Assembly (NCBI RefSeq): GCF_044704955.1 | Contig: NC_091981.1 | Span: forward strand, 103,664,001-103,728,000 | Source of the DNA: Pristiophorus japonicus | Lineage: Eukaryota | Reading direction: 5' to 3' | Length of the DNA stretch: 64,000 nucleotides | Shown here: positions 26,358-41,401 of the stretch, piece after piece | How positions within the stretch are numbered: the stretch's first letter is position 1 | Layout: every line of letters starts with the position of its first letter | Notes under the pieces: model-generated | What the model saw: the letters and a program-made list of their open reading frames with translations, nothing else | What the model was told of the DNA's origin: nothing | The model's database searches: none | Program-made: the position numbers and the translations under genes

Positions 26358-27923
26358 CTAGTAAGTAAAGGGGAGAGAAAGAGCGAGAGGACAAGAAAAC
26401 AGAGAGATAAATAGGGAAAGAGGGGATAAGAAATGCACAGAGAGAAAGAGAAGCAAGAAAGTTTATCATGGTTCGTCATATAATTTTCAATAGTTACCTA
26501 CGTGTGGCAGGCTGCTGCTTTTTGTCTACCCTTCACAGTGCAGTGTCACTACATATAAAACATCTATAGGTACGCTATTGAATACTTAAAGTGTTAAATC
26601 TTCCAATTTTCAAGTTTCTGTTTTGATCCTATTCACTACGCTTTAGTCAATATTGCACCATTGATCTTCTTGTCAGCACGTTATGTTCACATTCATATGG
26701 AACGCAAAAATAACATTTTCAATTACTTCATGACTTAAACGGATTTCTGAAATGCAGATCTCCGTGTTGTAAACGGGAGTTGTAGGTGCATTTAAGCGGA
26801 AGACAAAATTATTTTGAAATCCCTATTTTGATAATGTTGGATATATTTTTTAAACGATTGTTAAGCTTGTTATGCACTTGGAGTGGCACTGTCTGTTTGG
26901 TTTCATTTTATTCTACAAGAATCCCGTTCGTTCTCCTTTTTAGTGTGTTTAAATAATGTCTCCGCTGAAAGATCTTTTTTTGCAATTACCAGTAACCTTC
27001 AATATTGTGCTTAGCACCAGTAGGCGTGTCTTCTCCTCTGGTATGATTTTCAACTTTTAAGTTTTCAGCCTTGATTCTCGCCAAGTTTCATGGCAAACAA
27101 AATCTGTGTTCAGCTATTTCATTAGTCAGAGGAAATTAGGCAAAGCTTTTCGTTTACGTAAACAAATCCAAATGAAACAGATTGAAATATTCTCCTCTTC
27201 GTTGAAATGTTTTAAGATTATTGTCTTTTCAATACCTCATTGTTTCACTTTGGTTGAAATAACTTTATCAAATGTTTTCTTTGGAAGTTCGTTAGAGTTA
27301 ATATTTCCCAAAGCATGTCAATCTTTCTGTTGTGATTCCTCCATGCAGTTAGACACCTGGATTTTAAACGCAGCAAAAACTAACGACTAAAACTGATTTA
27401 TAACTTCAAATTTGAACTGTTTTTTTAAAGTTCAGATGAGTAATAATTCTGCACTGGCCATATAGTACCAAACAACCTAAAGTAAAATATGTACAATGTA
27501 ATCCCTCAGTATTTTTTTAACTTTTCGTTTTTTTTCAAAATATTTTTTCTCGAAAGGCGCGCTAGATCATAAAACATCACTGGGTTCCTTTGAGTATTAT
27601 TTATTGGCTGTTCTCTGTTTACTTTGGACTCTGTGTGCAAATATGTCCTTCTATGCGGTACACTTAAATAATAGCAGAAAGGATTCGTGGTTTGTAACTT
27701 ATCTGACAAGTTTAGAATGTGGCTACAATTGACTCCGGAGCGTGGGCTCGTGCTATAAACTAAAGTAGGCATTAATTTTTACAGCATAGCTCACGCCCAA
27801 AAATAAAAAGTTCACAAGGTCAGAATTAACCCCCCTTTGTTACGCTTGTCGGCTATACCTGCCACGTCTACCCGTTTCTGAGTGCTGGTTGTATCAATCC
27901 CCCTCTGCCTCTTATTTACCTAC

Positions 27924-28683
27924 CTTTTTTTTCTTTCTCAGGAGAGTTTTTGCTGCTTTCTGAAGGGACTGGAGATGACTCTTCGTTGGCTGAAGAAGCC
28001 GGAGCTTCTGCTTCTTCTCTTTCCGAACCGCAGGTTAAATGACCCGGGGATGTCCCTTCACTTCCTTTTCTCCCCAACTCAGTCGGGGTCGAAGCTGAAG
28101 AAGGGGGTGTTCCGAAACGGATCTGAGATTGGGGCACGAATGGAGAGGCCCCAACCTGGCCCGTGTTGTTGTAATGTGTCTGTTTGGATGTCGGATAGGC
28201 TTGGGACAGACGGAAATAGCCGGGGACAGGAACCCCGCCGCTAGTAGTAGTGTCACTATTGGAGCACGATTCTGATGTCAGTCTTGGGAACGTGGAAAGA
28301 TCTGTTGCTGCTGCGCTTTTGGGACATTTCTCAGAATCATATAAGCAATATGCATTCTCTTCTTTGATATTTTGGGGGAAGGAACATGCTGCTACTTGCT
28401 GGGTTGCAGGTTGCTCCATGCGACAGGACCTGGGAGGATCTGTCCAAACCTCCATCCCGCTCATGTAGGGATGAGAAGTCAGGACCATACTCTGAGAGTT
28501 GTTCCCGCTGCGTTTGCTCAGAGATGGGAAAAGTCCACAGTTCTGGATGCCGTAAGACAGATCAGAGGCAGGCGGCAGGTACACGCTGTTGTTGGGGTAA
28601 TAAGTTCCTTCGCCGCCACGGCCCACGCTGATCAGAGAATCTACTAAAAAGGAATTTGCAGCCGGGCTGTCTGAGCATGACAT
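27924..28683 (-). CDS. HOXA10: HoxA10 exon 1 (MSCSDSPAANSFLVDSLIS...VPVPGYFRLSQAY...)
   Basis: PG10 motifs NSFLVDSLI, IKEE and VPGYFRLSQAY; donor G|GTAGGT at 27924/27923. Confidence 0.95.
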
Positions 28684-31339
28684 TGTTGTGGGGTAATTTG
28701 GCGAAAGCAGAAGATATCCAGTTCAGGCTGACATTTCTTGTGCAAACACGCTGAATATGATTAGAGATACCTCCGCAGCACGACAGGCGGGACGAGCCAA
28801 TCAAATGTCACAGCTGGACATAAGCCCCTCCTCCACGGTGGGCGACGTCACGAGAACTGCAATAAGGTCACCATATGTATTCGGTAAACTGCAAAAGCGT
28901 CTAAATGCATCTTTATTTACTTGGTTCTACTTTGTTAGAATCACGTTCTTCAAAGAAAATAAAAGCGCTGCTCCAATATGTAATGCTGCATCACCACAAC
29001 TTTCAGCAATAATTAAAGTTGCATACTGCTTCATAGTAACAATCATTTTAATATTTTTAATTATTCACATATGAAGTTGAGAAAAAGGAAAAGTTTTAGT
29101 CCTGTTATAATACACTTTTAATCACACGCTAAGATCCACTGGCAGGTACACGCGAGAAAACATAAGTAATCTTGACTTTCACGGGTCTGATTGTGATTAC
29201 CCAGCTGGCTGCTGCTACAGTTTCACAGTGATCACTTGTAATTTTGATCCACACTGGTGCTTTTCTGATTGTTATTTCTATTACTATTTTGTGACGCGAG
29301 GGGTTCAAGAATCACTCCTGAACATACAGCCGCTACATTGCATTTCTGATTTGATGTTTGTAGTCTAGAGTTTAGTAGGTTAATGCAATGTGCTGCAGCT
29401 CTATAGGTTAAGTGTAAAAGGTCAGCGACAACAAACTAATAATACAACACAACCTATTTATTTTCTTTCTCCTTCTACTTCTCCAGCATTGGATATTAGA
29501 AGTTGATTGAGTCATGACCATTTCTGATATTTCATACTTACAATTTCAAGAAATCGAAAGCATTTGTTTCAAAATGTTTTAACCATGTGCTTTTCGGCTG
29601 CCAGGTCTAAAGTAGACAACATTAACCACATCTATAAAATCGATCTAATCATTTCGGGTTAAAAATAGAAAACAAGACTGTTAAACAGAATGTACAATCA
29701 TCTCAACTACAAACCGGTCAAGTTTAAAACAAGGCGCGAAACAGAAGCTTCGACCTGAGTTTCTCTCTCCAACTCATCCAAAGGTAACTTTTAGAAATTA
29801 AATCAGACAGAAACTGCAACTGCCTGTCTGGATTCCAGGAGGGGAGCGGGAGCTTCGGCTTCTGAAGTTTTCTTTCGGAATGAGGTGGCGTTCAAGGGAC
29901 AGTTGTAGACGAAATTAAGCTATTATCCTTAATATTACTGTCGGTAGAAATTAAGTGATATAACAATTAAGAATGCCCCCTCCCCCCAAAAAAAAAGAAA
30001 CACCTTTTTGGTCTAAGGAAATGTGCGCGTTTAGTCGCGTGTGCGCGGTGTTTACCTACCAATTGTTGATTTTGTGGCATATCTGTACAATATGACATGT
30101 ATCAATGCGGCTTCGAATTGGAGACGGTTTTGTGCTTAAGTCATGTTATGTGTATTTTGTTCGGCCACCTTTGCAATCAAGTACAGCCAGCAATGACGGT
30201 CGCAAATGTAGCCTTTAAGTTGGGATCGGGAGTAAACAGTGTGACAAAGGATTTAATCTTTAGTCTCTGGCATTGCTGCGTTTTACTACGAGTCAATTTT
30301 AAGCCGTACTCGAATTGTCACTGCCCCCCCCCCCCCCCACCCCACCTATCCTCTACGTTATAATTCCAATTGTTGTTATTTTAACTTCTGGTGCTGGATT
30401 AAAGCTCAGAAAATGTTGATAATCCAAAGCAGGTTATGTAAAATATCGTTTTTGTTGAAGTCAGCGGGATATGAAGGCCGGCTGTACACGCATAGGGTTT
30501 GCTAAGGGGCCGTCTCAGAGGATTCCTTATTTTTGGTCGTTTTTTTTTAACACAAACGACTGCTTAGAATTATCACGGTCGACCAGAAATCCATAAAAAC
30601 TTAAATGTGCTTTATCAAAAAAATTGAAAATGTTCCCTTTTGCAGTCCCACTGTGCCCATGAAACGTATGATCATGGGAGCAGACAGAGATTTAATGGGG
30701 GAGTGGGGGAGCGGGGGGGTGGGGGTGGGGGGGATAACAATTGCCTTCTATACTAGAGTCTCAGATAAAAAGGCTCAAGCTACTGTACACCAATGCTAAC
30801 TAGCAGCGCGTTTATGTGTTGAAGGCGGATATTTGTCTGGTTCTCTTGGTAAATATTTCATTGCTTAATAAATTGATACCATATTTGGATAATTTTATTG
30901 ATGTAGTTTTGGAAAGGTAATGGGCTTAAACATTTATAACCCAGTCTCACAGTAAAACTGTAATGTGGATTGTGTATTGGTTTCTGCAGTTTCTAAGGAC
31001 ACTGCAGTCCTTTCTCAACTTTATGGGTAAGAATGGGGCGAGGACAGTGTGGCTCCTGTGTATATTAAAAACACACACACTGGGAAGTAATTGAAGCACC
31101 AAGGATTTTTTTTTGGGGGGGGGGTTCTCTCCTAGTTTCTAAGGTGGTCGTAACTGTTAATTACAACATTGTTAACAGTTAAGAAATATGGTTAACTCTG
31201 CCGAGAAGGAGGTTGAGACAAAAGAAATGGTTTCAGCATGTACATCAGTAACTTTGACTAGAAAAAACTAAGCACAAGAAACAGTTATAGAAATCGCCGA
31301 AATCCATATAAGTTATACAACACTTTTTGTCACGTTTAA

Positions 31340-31660
31340 CGCGTTCCCCTTGACATAAGAAAACAAGGAAGACAATTTTATTTTCGCCGAGCTGTATCGA
31401 TCGTGGGTTTTGCAAGATTTCTCCATCAAGGCGCCAGCAATAAACAAATGTCTGCAAACATTGCACCAAATGAGGTAAACGATACGCTGCCCAGTCAGTG
31501 GTAAGAGAGCGAACATAGAAAGCAGTGGAGCGAGTGGCGGTTCTCCAGTAAATAAGTGATTTCAAAGCCTGGGCAGAGCAGGCTGACCGCACTCATAGCT
31601 CGACTCGTTCTTAGCCTAGATCGTGAACTTAAGACTGAAAGCCAGACAGAATGAGTCTTC
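31340..31660 (-). promoter_or_regulatory. Conserved-looking upstream element at the position of the alternative HoxA10 first exon
   Basis: GC-richer block ~2.7 kb upstream of the HoxA10 ATG. It ends in TTATGTCAAG, resembling the MCQ-coding end of the mammalian short HOXA10 first exon (recalled). Confidence 0.35.
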
Positions 31661-34600
31661 CACTCCGTTTCCTAAATAAAGATCCGAGGGGAAGATTCAT
31701 ATATCCACCACTTGCCGCACTGAGTAAGATTACTTGCAATTATTTACCTCTGATTTGCATTAACAAAATCTATGCAACACTTTGTGAAGTCTTAAAAAGA
31801 CGCCTCAACCTTCAAGTGTACCGGCCATTGTATGTGCGCAGTGAATTCTTTTCAGTCTACCAACTAGAGCAAATATTTACCATTCGCGAACTCTGATTTA
31901 ACATATATCGTCTTTTTAAAAAAAAATATATATATAATTATCTGTGATTCGCTTAGATAACTGGAGAGGTCGAAGAGAGATAATTGCTTTGTGTCTTAGA
32001 GATAAATCTGAAAACAATGGCGCCCTTTAACTGCCAATGTATTAAAGGGTTTTATAGGCCGGATCCTGAGACCCCTGAACAGTTTGCCCATCAGAATGTG
32101 TTTACAAATATATTTTTATACACTTTATGTAAACGTATAAGTTATATGGATAGGTAAACACCGAAGGCTGGCAACCCCGCGGTACTAAATTGCTTCACTT
32201 CTTTACATTTGATGTTTAAAACATAGAATACATTAAAACAGAAACACTATTCTGGAATTTTAAAAAGTCACTCAACGAGAACTTTATACAGCCGTTGCAC
32301 ATAAAACACAAACTAAAGGACACAGACCGCAGTCAAGACATTAAAAACAAAGACATCTAGAACATGCCCTTGTTGAATTCATTAAAGCTTACTATTCATT
32401 AAAGCTTACTTTTCACTAAATCTACAATTCTAACTAACTTGGTTAATTGTTGCCACTGCATTCTACTGCAGTAAAAGCGACGTGTTTGGGGGTAACTTAC
32501 TGTTCAGCGTAAAAAGTTGTGTTAAAACAGAGAGAATCAAAGAATGCAGATTAAACAACATTTTATACATGCATTTCAATGCAAAGGAAACGGGCAATAG
32601 AGTTTGAAAAAAAGAAGACTACTATTGTTATACAAAAGTTTGAATAAAATCTAGCATAACAACAGAAATGGGCACACGACTGTTTAACTTGTTAATATGA
32701 TTACAATATCAATACCAGTAAATTAAAAAAAACGTGTGCGCTTAAATTGAGTTCAGTGAATATTTCTGGAGTAATATATAACTATGATTCATTTGTTTTA
32801 TTTTTAACCTTATTTCAGTTCAGCTATTTTACTTTTTTCAGAATTTTGTGCCGGGAATTCCGTTAACAAATGAAAATTAAGAAATAGCGATTGGATTATA
32901 TGATTTGAAATTATCCGACTTTGAAAACGAACATTGAGTAACATTTCACAAGGTAAAGGATCTAACTTTGAAATTTGTGCTCGCAGTGAAAATTATAGTC
33001 TTTTACGCATCATTTTATGTCTCAGCAGCAGTTTTTGTCAGTCAAAGTTGTTCAATTAAAAAATGATCTAACAATTAAACAAATGTGCCGATGAAAATAA
33101 GTGGGACTAATGTCCAAGTTTTAAATCTATTATCTAGATTGAATAGAGTGAATTGTTTCCGGTGCAGTATTGTGGATGATACGGTGGTACCGTTTTTTTC
33201 AAATGAGAAATCTTAAAATAATTCTGATGTTAATTTGCCTCAGAGAATACAGGTGAAAATGATCAAATTATGCAGAAATCACGCATACAAAACACAAGCA
33301 CATAAACATAGCAATGCGCCAGCACACTCATATACTCGTCCATGTTGCTTTATAATGAAAGAGATTTTGATTCGATTTAGTTGAAATACAGGTTTCGTTT
33401 ATTTGAAAACGCAAGTTTATGTTAATCTCTATAATTTACAATAAGACGCACGAATTCTGATTTTATTTAGCATGGTTTTAAGTAAATGCGTACACAGCTT
33501 TCTTTTGCCGCTGACAGAATTGCTCACTGCCCTTATTCCCCCAAAAAAGCGGCAATTCAGTCGCTCAGGCCACGGTGAAGGTGACGCAGCGGGGGTCAGG
33601 TCACAAACCAAAAAGCATGTCCATGTTACGTATCACGTTAAAATAAAGTCTCTATGTAAAATATATAATTAAAGCTAATTTCTCACATCTGTCTCCTGTA
33701 TAGAACTACACTGACTGGAACGCTTTCATTCAATAGTTTGATACGTCCAAACAAAGAAGAATGTGTGGTATTAATGTTCAATTTAAAGTCATTCCAAAAC
33801 ATAACGGAATGGTAAATGTCTTAGAGCAAATTGCAGTGTAACTTCTCCAGATGTGAAGAGTGCATATGCCATTTCTATTTAATGTACAGCTTCAATGTTC
33901 CAGAATAAAGTAAACGTTAACTTTCACTAATACATCCCCCTTCCTAACAAAGAACCTACTGTAACCATCAGTATCATGTTTTGCAATTTGCTGCTATAGA
34001 AACAAAACAGTATTATATTAAAATATTTTTAGCGTAAATTGTTATCTTGCTTGCGCGATCGGAGTTCAGTAGCTACGCAGCGGAAGTTTCTATTTAAAGT
34101 AATGTGTGTTGGGAGATAACTGTAAAATGCATTTGAATGCTTAAAAAGACCCAGCTAGCTGCACAGAATGCACAATTGTTACAATGTGTTTTGTCTGAAA
34201 TAGCGAAAGAAGAAAATAGCTAATCTTTAAAAAAAATCGAAGAACGTGCAATTAAACTTCGGAATGTCTAGACGGTTCTATTTTCCGAACACTTAAATTA
34301 AAGCTCACAGCGGCAGGTCGGGGGCTAATGTTGGTTCTTTAGTTCCTCTTACTGTTTCTTACTCGTCTCTCACTGTTCCAAAGTGTTGGCAATCCCACGT
34401 GGAAAATCTTCAGTTTCCACAGTTTATTTGGGGATTTATCCAGTTATATATTAAACAAACCCTCAACTATTTAATCGAAGGTTTAATACATGTATACACT
34501 TTAAAGGCTACCGTTTCAGTAATTGCAAAATATGATAAGCTTTTGTGGAATAACAAATCTCATGTGCCCACCAAGAGCAAAGAGCGATTGCTGAAAATGT

Positions 34601-36955
34601 CTCTCTTTAATTATAAATCATTTGAAAATAGGCTGCCACTGACTTTTTGTGTATATTGTGGCAGTAAGCACGAAGATAATAATTGTCCGTAGAAATGCAG
34701 CCCTAACTTTAGCTGTTTTTATTAGTTTCTGATCATTAAAATAATTTAGTTCTGCAATACCCGAATACACTTTCTACGGCAAGGAAACCCCCCAGAATCA
34801 ATCACTGGTTTTCTGTTATGCAAGTGCTAATCCTAGACCCAGAGGGCGCTGTGCCCTAAAATTTCCTCAGCTTCTAACTCATATGCATAAAATATTGAAG
34901 TTGCACTGATTCTTGATAGGTATGTACTTCACGACATGCATCGAACACTAGGTAACACTTCATTAAAATAATAAGCACGTAATAATCGGAACTTGTCATT
35001 TTTGTCCGATCGTGTAAAATAAAGGAATAAACTGAGAGGGAGAAATAATATTGCAAATATAGGCTCACAGCATTATTCGGGTATGGAAACTAAGTAATTT
35101 GCAATTTAACCAAACCAAACCATTGGACTAAAACAAGATCGTAATTCACATATAACTATTTTTACCAAACCGTTTACTAGATAAGCAGTCACGTAAATAT
35201 ATACACGCACACATACATTGAACACAGCACATTATACACGCATTCCCTTCCGAATCCATATCCCACAAGAATTTAACGCAGTAATAGTTGTCGCAAACAG
35301 TATGTTTATGCAATGTTTAGCCAAGCCGATTATTATAGGGAATGGTTACCGAAAGAAATGTTGTACAAGACAAGTGAGATCTCAATTCCTCTGTTGGCAC
35401 AACTTAAGATCAGCAAGTATAGTGTTCACATGAAATTTAGTTCAAAATGTCACAAAAATCGTGCGATTAATTTTAGTTAAGTTCATAAATTCTGAATTGT
35501 AATTAAGTTTTATGAAATGTTACACTGCTTTGTATCCAGTTGCTTTACTGCTCCCTGTTTTTATTTTAATGCCTTTGTTAATTAGCTGTCTATATTAAAA
35601 ATCACAAAATGTTTAGTGGATGACAAAATATGTACACCAATATGTAGACATATCTGGAAAAATGGAATGCATTAATTTCTGCTTTAACCGTTTAAAATTA
35701 TATAGTGCGGGAAATGGAAATAAACTGATATCCCTTGAAATAAAAAGAACAACATTACAACAAAGTACAATGTTTCTTTGAAATATAAAAGTTAACTATT
35801 AACTGTAGAGAAATAAAACTGCCCGGCTAAGGCATATAAATGACAATATTATCAAATTAGTAAATCAAGGCAAGTTACACGATTCGGTTGAAGGTTTAAC
35901 TTTCAATCAACATGTAAGAAACAGATAAAACAGTGAGAATGAATTATTTCAAGAAAATGAACAGTTATATATTTTTAAAGGAGAAAAAATATTATTTCCT
36001 TTGTATAAATTGGAAACACACAGGACCAGGCAGTACACAAGTTACAGAAATATGCTGTATCTTGAACGCAAAACCTAAGAACAGCGGTTGAGCATATTTG
36101 AACGTTGTCTGTGGTTTTGAATAATACATATGGTTATTTAGCGGTTAGAATTTAAAAATACAAAATGTCCCGGTTGTTGAGAAGCAAATCAAATTTAACA
36201 TTGCAGATCAAATTATAAGAAAATATCTGTTAGTGTTTTGTGACAGTATTATGTTGATACTTTATAAAAGAGCAATCATGCAACATCCTGCAACAACAGA
36301 AATAAAAAATAATTAATAGAAAGATAACGGAAAAGCTTAATTCCAGAATTAAAATGACCTTCCTAACCAGCAAATCTGAACATGTACATTTTATATTGTT
36401 ACTATTGTAAAATGTTTTATTGCAAGTGTTTTATGTAATCATCAAGTTTACAGAATTGTCTACCCTTTTTCAAAATTCAATTAAAGTCTGCTATGTTTGA
36501 AATGAAAACCGTGCACTTCCCCTTTCTCAGAGTTTTTTCGGACGAAATAAAATACATTTCACAAGGAAATTTCAGCCTTCCCGTCTTAAATGCTTACCTT
36601 AACTGTAACATAAAATCTGTGATTTTTCATTTATAATTGTGTAATAGCATTTGTTAAGCGGGTTGAAGAGTCTGTAAACTATTATATGGACTTTGGTCGA
36701 ATAAAACGTCCATATCGTATCTACATGTAGTCTGATCACCTACCTTTTGTTAGCAAAACAGATATTTTGAAGCTGTTTTGAAGCATTCCGAACGCATTGG
36801 ATTTAATTTATCTCTCGAGGATCTGCAACATTCAATTTGGCTTTAAGTGACGAACAAAATTCTTTTGGAACTCTTGCTTTGGAATAGCGATGGACAAAGT
36901 ATTTTTTCTTATAGGTTTTTGCTGCCCTACAGCGGCTTTGACATTGATCTAAATT

Positions 36956-36969
36956 GCGCCACCCTGTGG
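36956..36969 (-). promoter_or_regulatory. CTCF-like motif CCACAGGGTGGCGC between HoxA10 and HoxA11
   Basis: Close match to the CTCF core consensus; same orientation as the 14195 motif. Confidence 0.6.
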
Positions 36970-39720
36970 ACTGAACGTCCTATTGAAAGGATTCATTGTC
37001 ACAGCTGCGGTAGCACAAAAACCTAAAACGAACGCAAAAAGGTATCTAGAATGTGAGAACAGCTAAAATCGAATTATTTGATTACGTTCCCCACATTTGC
37101 AATTCTAAATCTATTGCGGTAATCTTGCAAATATGCAGATAGCCACATTAAATAGGCTTTATGACTTGTCCTGCTGTTAGTAACCACAGCAACAGAGACG
37201 ATCCCCTGTCATTTGCCTCGAATGTCACAGCCCCTTAATCTGGTACAATGCTGGTCTCAACTCCCTCTTCTGTGGAGCTAAAAGCTACATTCATATCTTT
37301 AATCACAGCTCGTATCATTCCTTATTAAAACAACCTCACACGCAATATTAAACTTCCGTGATATTAGATCATAACTCGCTAGGATCTCTGCGATCCTCTT
37401 GATCAATCTCTTACAATTTGTATCGGGCTCCCTTCACCTCCGGCGGGAGTCTAACCAGTATATGGAAGCTTCAGGGCTGGTTATCCCTTCACCCCCAAGG
37501 TTAGAGGTGACGTCCATGGCGCAACAGAAGTTCAAAGCCAGGAAATAAGCAGGAAAACAGAATGCAAACCGGCATTAAAAATATTGGAATATAAATGAAA
37601 GGTATTACAATCACTTCTAAAGTAAATCCCTAAAAATCCAATCAATCGCAGTGGAATGTTTGCCAATCGGAAAGCTTAGATTCGCAATACTATCCAAATT
37701 ACAGAGTCAATTTTTGTTTATACAAAATAAACTAAGTTTAAACTAATTCGAATTCTGGCATTTCAACCGATTTTGTCTATGTGAGCAACACGACAAATTG
37801 TGTGGCATAACTTTGACTTGTGCCATGAGAAAACTACTGAAGTTGCATTGTCCAAAATTTTATTTCAATTTATAGGTTTTCGGAAAATAAACCAAAGAAA
37901 AACATACTAATGTATGTAGGATGATGTGGAATGTTATCCAGCTTTAATGATTGTTTTTACGTACATGAAACGCACAGTAATACAGTACTTTGCAGGTGTT
38001 TTAGTTTTCGTCTTGAATACCCGACAAAGTTCAAGAAACCTACATTGATCGCCATCAAGAAAACGCACCTTTAGTTACTTTTTTCCACCTTGAATCTCAT
38101 TGTGCGCTCTCTGAACGTGTACATGCAAATCTTATACCCTTTAGTCAACTCGATAAATATAAATTATATACAAATGTTAAGCAAATGATGATATCACATT
38201 TATTTGAACTGCATTTGATTAAGACTTGCTCTTAAAATAATTTGTATTTCTTTTCAAAATCTAAATGATTAATGTAAAAAAAACACCACGTTCTGTGGTG
38301 CATATTCCAGCCTTTTAATACATTTCAGTGTTTTTCAAATTAAACTAGAATAACCAAAGAAAGTAATGGCGAATACTCGACCACTGTCATCCGTCGTTTT
38401 ATGAGAAAGTTCAATAAAATCATCTCCTTTAATGATGGCAATGGTACAAACCACAACGAAACTTTAAATTAAATTGGTATAATAAACAAAACTATTTTTA
38501 AAGGCTGGTATATGTTATCAGGTAACGTGTGGACGATATTTGTACAATACGGCCTATATGTATATCGGCCTATAAAAAGCTTATACGGTGAATGTACAGG
38601 AAATGTTACCATTGTGCAATAAAACACGTATGTGTTTAATGAAAATCATTTCTGTCTTTGGTTCACACGGATAAAGATGGCTTCAGTATTGTCAGTACTG
38701 CAGACTTGTCATCTTTTGGAGGAATCCGTGAAAATAATAGATGCATGAGCAGCAGTTTTTTTTAACACTATTCCTATTTAAAACTGTCAATACACATTCA
38801 TATTGTACCAAAAGAGCGATATATTTACAATACTTTGTGCTCAAGTATGCCATCACGGGTAGCATCTCTTCCCTTTGAAACGTTAAAAACTGCATTTGCA
38901 AATTACGACGCACAATGTGTCAAGTACAAATAAACACCAACGGATTGCTTCAGCAAGCATAGAATAGCCTGTTTTCGAAAACCTTATTACTCCAAGCTAT
39001 GTAAAGTGTTTATATATAGCGCTCCACAGCTAAAAAGTTACAGATCTTTACATTTTAAACATAATTTAATTACACTTGCTTATTTTGGTGGCGAATATGA
39101 ATTAAACGCCTTCGATTCCCATTAGCAACCGCTTTTTTACTATGAATTTCAGACTGGATATTTACATGCATGCTCTCCGTTTGGGGTAGTGGGGAGGGGG
39201 GGCGGCACTACTCATTGTTATTTATAGAAACAAAAGTGGATTTATTGTCGAGATGTAGGTTTTAATCCGCCTTTCATATACACACGTTTCAGTATTCTAA
39301 GCAGCGATGAGCAGACATTGTTTAGAGAACTGTCGAGCTAATTTCCCACCTTACGGAAGGTTCAGTTACAAAAGAACGAGGCTGGTTGCTACTCCGTGTA
39401 ACTGAAGATAAAAAATATATATCCAATAGTTGTGATTGGCAGTGAGAGCCACTGAAAGCTTCCTAATCTAAAGCATGCGCACATTTTATTAGTTTATTTT
39501 TAAAAATATTTTTATATTGCAGCTGGTCCACAACAGTCAACTCTTTCTCCTTGGGCTCCAATACACAGGTCCGTACTCGTATAGAAGCTGCATTCTTCTT
39601 CGAATTAAAAAAAAATCTGTTTCGCTGAACTAAATCCAAGCATTCACCTTGGCATCTCAATGTTAATCTCTGGAGACACCCTTTGTACAAAGCATATAGA
39701 CAACACAAGTGAGAATATAG

Positions 39721-39722
<2 letters not shown>

Positions 39723-39751
<29 letters not shown>
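39723..39751. repeat. (GT)n microsatellite in the HoxA11 3' UTR
   Basis: Read directly. Confidence 0.95.
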
Positions 39752-39754
<3 letters not shown>

Positions 39755-39970
39755 TCAACGATGAGCATTAATTCCAGTTACTTTTTAAAGTTGAAACTAG
39801 ACGTCCCAATTACTTTTGCAAGGTTGTCCGGCCCGTTAGAGCTGTACTAAAGTGACTGCTCCCAAACTCGAACTTGAGTTTTTTTTACCTCTGCATTCTG
39901 CCCTGGCCGCATTCTTCGTAGAAGGAGAAATTGAGAAGGAGAAATGCCTCTTTGTAATCTCAGTCTAATC

Positions 39971-40203
39971 TCAGAGCAATGGATTCGTAGTGTAATATTG
40001 AAGGCGGTCCCTGTTTAACTTCTTTTCCTTCATCCTCCTGTTCTGAAACCAGATTTTAACTTGCCGGTCGGTTAAGTTGAGCATCCGAGAAAGTTGCAGC
40101 CGCTTCTCTTTGTTGATATAGACACTGAAAAAAAATTCTCTCTCCAGCTCCCTGATCTGGTACTTGGTGTAGGGACACCTCTTTTTGCGTGTACGCTGGC
40201 CAC
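39971..40203 (-). CDS. HOXA11: HoxA11 exon 2 ([76 protein letters not shown])
   Basis: Translated by hand; [11 protein letters not shown] is the A11-type homeodomain; acceptor acag| at 40204/40203; 610+233=843 nt, 280 aa. Confidence 0.96.
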
Positions 40204-41249
40204 CTGTAACAGGTAAACAGTGCGTTAAAACTCAGAGTTGGAAATGAGAGGAACTATCATTTTTCCGTGCGTCAATATATGCTTTGCTGTGAACACATTC
40301 ACAGGAAAAACTCTCCATGGCTCCGGATTTTCACACGCCGATCTTTGTCAGCAGTACCCGAACTACAGAATTGTTCGCTACAGCATTAACGCGTTTTTTC
40401 TTTCATATTGTGAATGGTCCTTGGAACAAAAGATGGCTGCCTCGATCTGCACTGATTGTAATGGTTGTGGAATTCTCAAGTCGATGCTGTAGTACTCCCA
40501 TTCCAACCATATACATGAAAGTTACAAATGAGATTCCCGTAACCAGGGACTAGCTACAACTTTTAGAAGAGAAATATTTTTGAAAAGTGAATAATTCCAG
40601 TATGAGTGCAGTAAAGGCAGAAAATATTTGAAATGCAAGATATACAAAGTTTTATTGTATCTGAAGTGTTAAAACTAAAAGGGGTTGGGGAATGTGACTT
40701 GAGCTATCATTTTAAAAGAAACTGGGATGCACGAATTAGTTTCCTTAGGGGAAGCGACTTTATTATATAATCATTCCGTGTTGTAAAACTGGACATGGAG
40801 CAGCCTTCAGAAGTAATATTGCCGTGTTAAGACTGCGTCGATCGGATGTCGAGCTATAAAATGTGATTATTAAATATAATACGGCCACCCGGTCCTGAAG
40901 TAAGTTTTTATGATGGAAAGCTCCATGCTAAAGGAATTCTAGTATTTATGCAGCTGTTAACAATGACATTTTACCATGTTATGTTTTAAAGCGGTTACTT
41001 ATGGAACTCAATACAACCTATAAATAGAGTTTCTGTGTCAACACGTGTGTTTTATAGAATTGCTGAGCTGTGTTAATACACGCAAAGATCACAATAGCCA
41101 AAAGCAATTTTTTCATGAATTTACACCTAATAATTTAAATGATCAGATTTTTAACCCCAATCTTACTTTTTGAGGTGCTAGTGGAAGTATTTTAATGCAG
41201 CGATTGGCTGGAGTTATTTCACGGCCAATTTCAGAGCTGAACACGTGAT

Positions 41250-41350
41250 CTTGTCATTTATATAAAAAAAAGTTTTGTTGGGAAATCTACAGGCCATCCA
41301 TAAACCCCCTTATATGCTTATAAAACAGCACATAAAAATTTTAACAGCAG
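41250..41350. promoter_or_regulatory. HoxA11 intronic cluster of TTTAT/CATAAA homeodomain sites
   Basis: catttatataa, ccataaa, cttataaaa and cataaaa within 100 bp near the exon-1 donor. Confidence 0.5.
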
Positions 41351-41401
41351 CGCGCGAGATCGCAAAACTTTCTCTCATAAGTGGGCACTGATTCTACCTA
41401 C

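Noticed and set aside
27882-28647. Antisense ORFs over HoxA10 exon 1 (likewise 41381-41824, 55216-55587, 18048-18254)
   Set aside because: Shadow ORFs of GC-richer coding sequence with no recognisable protein features.
32377-32410. Perfect 17-bp tandem duplication attcattaaagcttact x2
   Set aside because: Real, but most simply a slippage event with no sign of function.
38794-38800. miR-181 7-mer site in the HoxA11 3' UTR
   Set aside because: A single 7-mer is expected by chance; not supportable without a conservation check.
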